Source: an uncultured Actinomycetes bacterium
GTDB lineage: Bacteria; Actinomycetota; Thermoleophilia; RBG-16-64-13
NCBI GenBank assembly: GCA_963784835.1
Contig: CAWASM010000002.1
Location: forward strand, 108,930-172,929
Direction: 5' to 3'
DNA: 64,000 bases
Shown here: positions 60,401-64,000 of the stretch, piece by piece
Position numbering within the stretch: position 1 is the stretch's first letter
Layout: every line of letters begins with the position of its first letter
The notes under the pieces: model-generated
Told to the model about the DNA's origin: nothing
The model's input: only the letters and a program-made list of their open reading frames with translations
The model's database searches: none
Position numbers and translations under genes: made by a program

Positions 60401-63400
60401 GTGGCCAGCCGTGCCGTAGATCTGGGCGTCCGCCTCGGAGATGTTGAGCAGGCGCAAGTATCTCCTGGCTCTGGAACCAGGCCATCTCGAAGGCGCGCTC
60501 GACGAAATGCCGGTCGCGATACTTCTCGATGAGAGCCAGGGCCGCTTCGCGGGTCTCGGCGACGCCGGATGATCACGTGCACGGCGGCCGACTCGTCCGG
60601 CGGCCAGCGTCACCGCGCCGCGGATGGCCACGATGGGATCGAGGACCGGCCCCTCGGTGTTCGAAGGGCGCCGTCGCCTCGCCAACGCCGGCGAACGCCA
60701 CCGGGTTCGCCGCCGTCCTTCCCCGGCCGATGAACCGGGCGCGATCGGTCTCGTACGAGGTGTCGGCGTCGACGCCACCGGGCACGGCCAGCAGGTGGAA
60801 CATCCACGGCGTCTGCTTCTTCCGGATCTCGAGGCCGCCGCTTGCAGAGAATGGCCCCCTGCCCGCGAAGGATCTCGGTCTGCACGAACAGGTTGCTGAA
60901 CGCGCGGTGGGCCAGGTCGGCGTTAAGGGGCGCCATGACCACCTCCGCGTAGCTCGTCAGCTCGATCGTGCGGGTGACGATCGGAGAGGTTGGTGAGGGT
61001 GACGCGGCGGATCTCGACGTCGTCTTCGGGCGACACACTGATCTCGGTATGCGCTTCGATGCCGTGATCGACTCTGCGGTACTCGGCCCGTCCCTGCACG
61101 AAGACCGCCTCGTAGCGTTCGGCCTTGGTTCGCGTCGGGCTGATGGGCGGTCGACCAGTAGCTCGCCCGTCTCGCGATCGCGTAGGTAGATGAACGTGCC
61201 GTATCCGTCACAGGTCGCGTCCTCGCGCCAGCGGGTCACCGCCAGATCGCGCCAGCGGCTGTAGCCCCCACCCGCGTGGGTGGCCATGACGTGGTAGCGG
61301 CCGTTCGACAGCAGGTGGACCTCGGGCAGGGGCGTGTTCGGGTCGGCGAACACGCGATGGACGGCGCCCGCTTCCGTGGCAGCGGCGCGTCCGACCTCGG
61401 CCCCCTCGTCCGCGCGCGGGTGCACGATGACCGTGTGCTTCGGCACGCGTTCTTGCAGCAGCAACTCGGTGGTGCGGACCAGCGGGTCGGAGAGGAAGCG
61501 ACGCTGCATGGGCCCATCGAGCAGCGCATGTCGCGAGCGCCAACAGACTCATCCCCTGGTGGTGGGCCATGAAGCAGCGCACGACGGCGTGGTCAGTCCC
61601 CGGGAGCAGCGCGCGACGGGGTGTAGTCGATGGCTTCGTACAATGCCGTAGTCGCCCAGAAAGCCGGCGGCGACGAGGGCCTGCAGGTTTCGGCACGCGT
61701 CGCGAGGGACCACCGTCAGCGCGAGCGCAGTCGCGTAAGGAGCGATCGACCAGGTCCTCCGCCAGTCCCCGTTTGAAGCCCAGCCCGGGAACGCCGAACG
61801 CCCGGTACTGGTAGATCTGGTTCATGTCGACGGCGTTGTAGCACGACTCCGAGATGCCCCAAGGGACGTGACGCTGCCGCCCGTAGTCGATCTGGCGCGA
61901 CACGGCGCCCTGGCAGGCCTGATCCAGCAGCGTGTTCTCGTAGCTGGGCAGGAACAGCCGCGGCATGAGGTACTCGAACATCGAGCCGCTCCACGAGATC
62001 AGGCTGACGTCGCCGCCATGACTCGGTGAGCAGGCGGCCGAGGGCGAACCAGTGCTTCTGGGGCACCTGGCCCTCGGCGATGAGCAGGAAACTTGTCAGG
62101 CGGGCTTCGGAGGCCAGCAGGTCGTACCAGGACGGGATCGCGCCGCCGCTCGCCCGACGTCGTAGCCGATGCTCAGCAGGTCCCGCGCCGGATCGTAGAG
62201 GAAAGTCGAAATCCATCGCCGACAGCTCGTGACAGCGAGTCGATCAGCCTGTCGATGACCTCTCAGGCCGCTTCACCGCCGCGGATCCTGGCCGCCGTGG
62301 CACGGCCCGCTGCCCCGAGGTCGTCGCGGACCGCGCTGCGCACCGCGTCCACCGCGGCCAGCTCTTCCAAGGTGGGGAGCTTGGCGAAGCGCCAGGGTTC
62401 GGGCACCAGACGCGTGAGGTCGTCGCGGAATCTGCGGCACTGGCGATTGAGCGCGCGGGCCCAGTAGCGGAACTCGCTCGCGCTCTCCGCGGATGGCGCG
62501 CGACCAACTCCTTGGTGGCGATGTGGAGCCCCTCCAGCAGCGCCTGCGGGAAAGCCTGGCGTATCCCAATGACCGTCAAGAGACTGAAGCGTGCCTCGCA
62601 ACGACTTGATCTGCTTCTCCACCTCGGGCACCGCCGGCGAGGGCATGTGGGCCGCAAGCGCCAGCAAGAGTATCCTCGAGGCCGTCGAAGACGCGGTGGT
62701 CCAGCACCGGCTGGCTCTTCAGCTCGCCTGAGGCCCGCCCGCAAGGCGAGCAGGCTGCCGGCCAGATTGCCGCTGTCCACCGAGGAGATGTACTGCGGGT
62801 GGAGCGGCTGCAGCGTGCTGCGTGTCGTACCAGTTGTAGAAGTGGCCGCGGAAGCGCTCGAGCTTCTCCATGGTCTTCAGGGCCCGCTCGGTCCTGCCGC
62901 AGGAACTCGCCGGTGGAGATGTATCCGAGGTCGTGCGCGGCCAGATTCGCCAGAAGCGCCATCCCCATGTTCGTGGGAGACGTGCGCGCGGCCACCGTCG
63001 GAGCCGGATACTCCTGGTAGTTGTCAGGCGGCAGCCAGTTGTGCTCGGGACCGACGAAATCGGCGAAGTAGCGCCACGTCCGTCGCGCCAGCGCACGCAG
63101 GAACACCTGCTGCTGGACGCCCAAGCTCGCCGCGGCCGGGTGCAGAGGCATGCTGATCCACCAGCCGACGAGGGGCGACACCAGCCAGAGCACCAGCACC
63201 GGGACGACGAACGGCCAGTCGGCCGCGCGGGTGCTCGGCACGAAGAGCAGCAGCACCGCCAGGGCGACGGCCAGGACAGGGCCGATGCACATCTCGCGGA
63301 GAAAGCCCTACGGAGTGCGGACGGGCGTTGCGGCGGCTGTAAGAGGGCAAGTGCCACATCAGCAGGCCGCGCCGGGTGAAGAGCATCCCCACGCCCGAGC

Positions 63401-64000
63401 GGACGATGGCGTCCAGGTAGACCAGCGCATCGTACGGCAGGAAGATCACGGCCAGCAGAGAGCGCACGAGCGGACGGATCGCGGACTTGCCGGTCAGCGC
63501 CAAGTGCACCGCCCATCCCCACTCTTCCGGCTTGCGAACCAGCTCGACGGCCGAGGTCAGCAGGGCGGGTAGCAGGAACACGCCCCGACCACCAGCAGTT
63601 CCCACAGCCACGATGGCCCAGGGCCCCAGAGCCATCCGCCCAGCAGCAACGCCACCAGAGCAGCCGGCACGAGGCTGCGGCGCAGGTTGTCGAACAGCTT
63701 CCAGATCGACAGCGGCGAGAGCGGATTCGGTCGCCGCTTGCCATCGCGGCCCCGGTACGCGAGGAAGCAGCCAGCCGGCAAGCTGCCAGTCGCCCCTTGT
63801 CCACCGATGCCTCCGACTGGCCTCCATGGCATAGCTGACGGGATGCTCCTCGATGAGATCGACGTCGGTCACCAGAGCCGAGCGTGCGTAGCCACCCTCC
63901 AGGAGGTCGTGGCTGAGGATCAGGTTTTCCGGGAAACGGCCGTGAACGGCTCGCGAGAAGGCCTCGACGTCGTAGATGCCCTTGCCGATGAACGAGCCTT
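57424..64000 (-). pseudogene. 3' two-thirds of a giant cyclic beta-1,2-glucan synthase (NdvB/ChvB/Cgs)-like gene with GH94 C-terminal domain; many frameshifts; 5' end beyond the window
   Basis: Minus-strand ORFs 57424..59379 (GH94 catalytic domain), 58868..59692, 59898..60485, 60610..61509, 61208..61981, 62576..63804 together cover NdvB-like regions in alternating frames. Confidence 0.55.

Overview
This is a high-GC (~65%) bacterial window that reads like an anaerobe's accessory and energy-metabolism region. All domain calls are from motif memory, not searches.

Gene content, start to end:
- 1-1.5 kb: a partial PFOR beta subunit, then two broken small genes (YdeI-like, VOC).
- 1.7-8.7 kb: an MFS transporter and a minus-strand peptide/nickel-type ABC transporter (SBP, DppC-like, fused double ATPase, DppB-like).
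- 8.9-10.3 kb: a RclA/MerA-like FAD disulfide oxidoreductase.
- 10.3-13.5 kb: an arsenic-island remnant (DUF2769, rhodanese, truncated ACR3 flanked by a duplicated 30-bp box, arsM, metallophosphoesterase).
- 13.5-19.3 kb: an unusual ArsR-linked cluster (Cys-rich protein, ferredoxin, three DGC-domain paralogs, a GcvH-like lipoyl carrier, arsR, a Tat-less molybdopterin oxidoreductase plus Fe-S subunit).
- 19.3-23.6 kb: SQR-like flavoprotein, DUF134-NifX fusion, OsmC, NapH-like polyferredoxin.
- 23.6-27.5 kb: a two-component system followed by a secreted Cys/QTQA-repeat protein, a SHOCT protein and a c-type cytochrome.
- 27.5-32.1 kb: threonine dehydratase, an SCP-x thiolase/DUF35 pair, HtrA.
- 32.2-38.4 kb: an NrpR-like regulator divergent from a NuoE/NuoF/NuoG-Nterm plus GltB-FMN-domain operon.
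- 38.5-41.2 kb: a Kelch lipoprotein, an RRM protein and small ORFs.
- 41.2-57.0 kb: a complete Wood-Ljungdahl carbonyl-branch cluster (cooC, rrf2, HMA-like, cooS, acsB, acsD, acsC, RACo, cooC2, acsE, cooT-like) followed by a second NuoE/F/G-like module.
- 57.4 kb to the window end: the 3' part of a giant NdvB-like cyclic-glucan-synthase gene.

Many genes carry frameshifts, sometimes in compensating pairs. These are concentrated in 0-19 kb, 23.6-25.7 kb and 54.5-64 kb, while the CODH/ACS core is intact. From sequence alone I cannot say whether this is genuine gene decay or assembly indel error.

No rRNA, tRNA, CRISPR array or transposase/integrase was seen.
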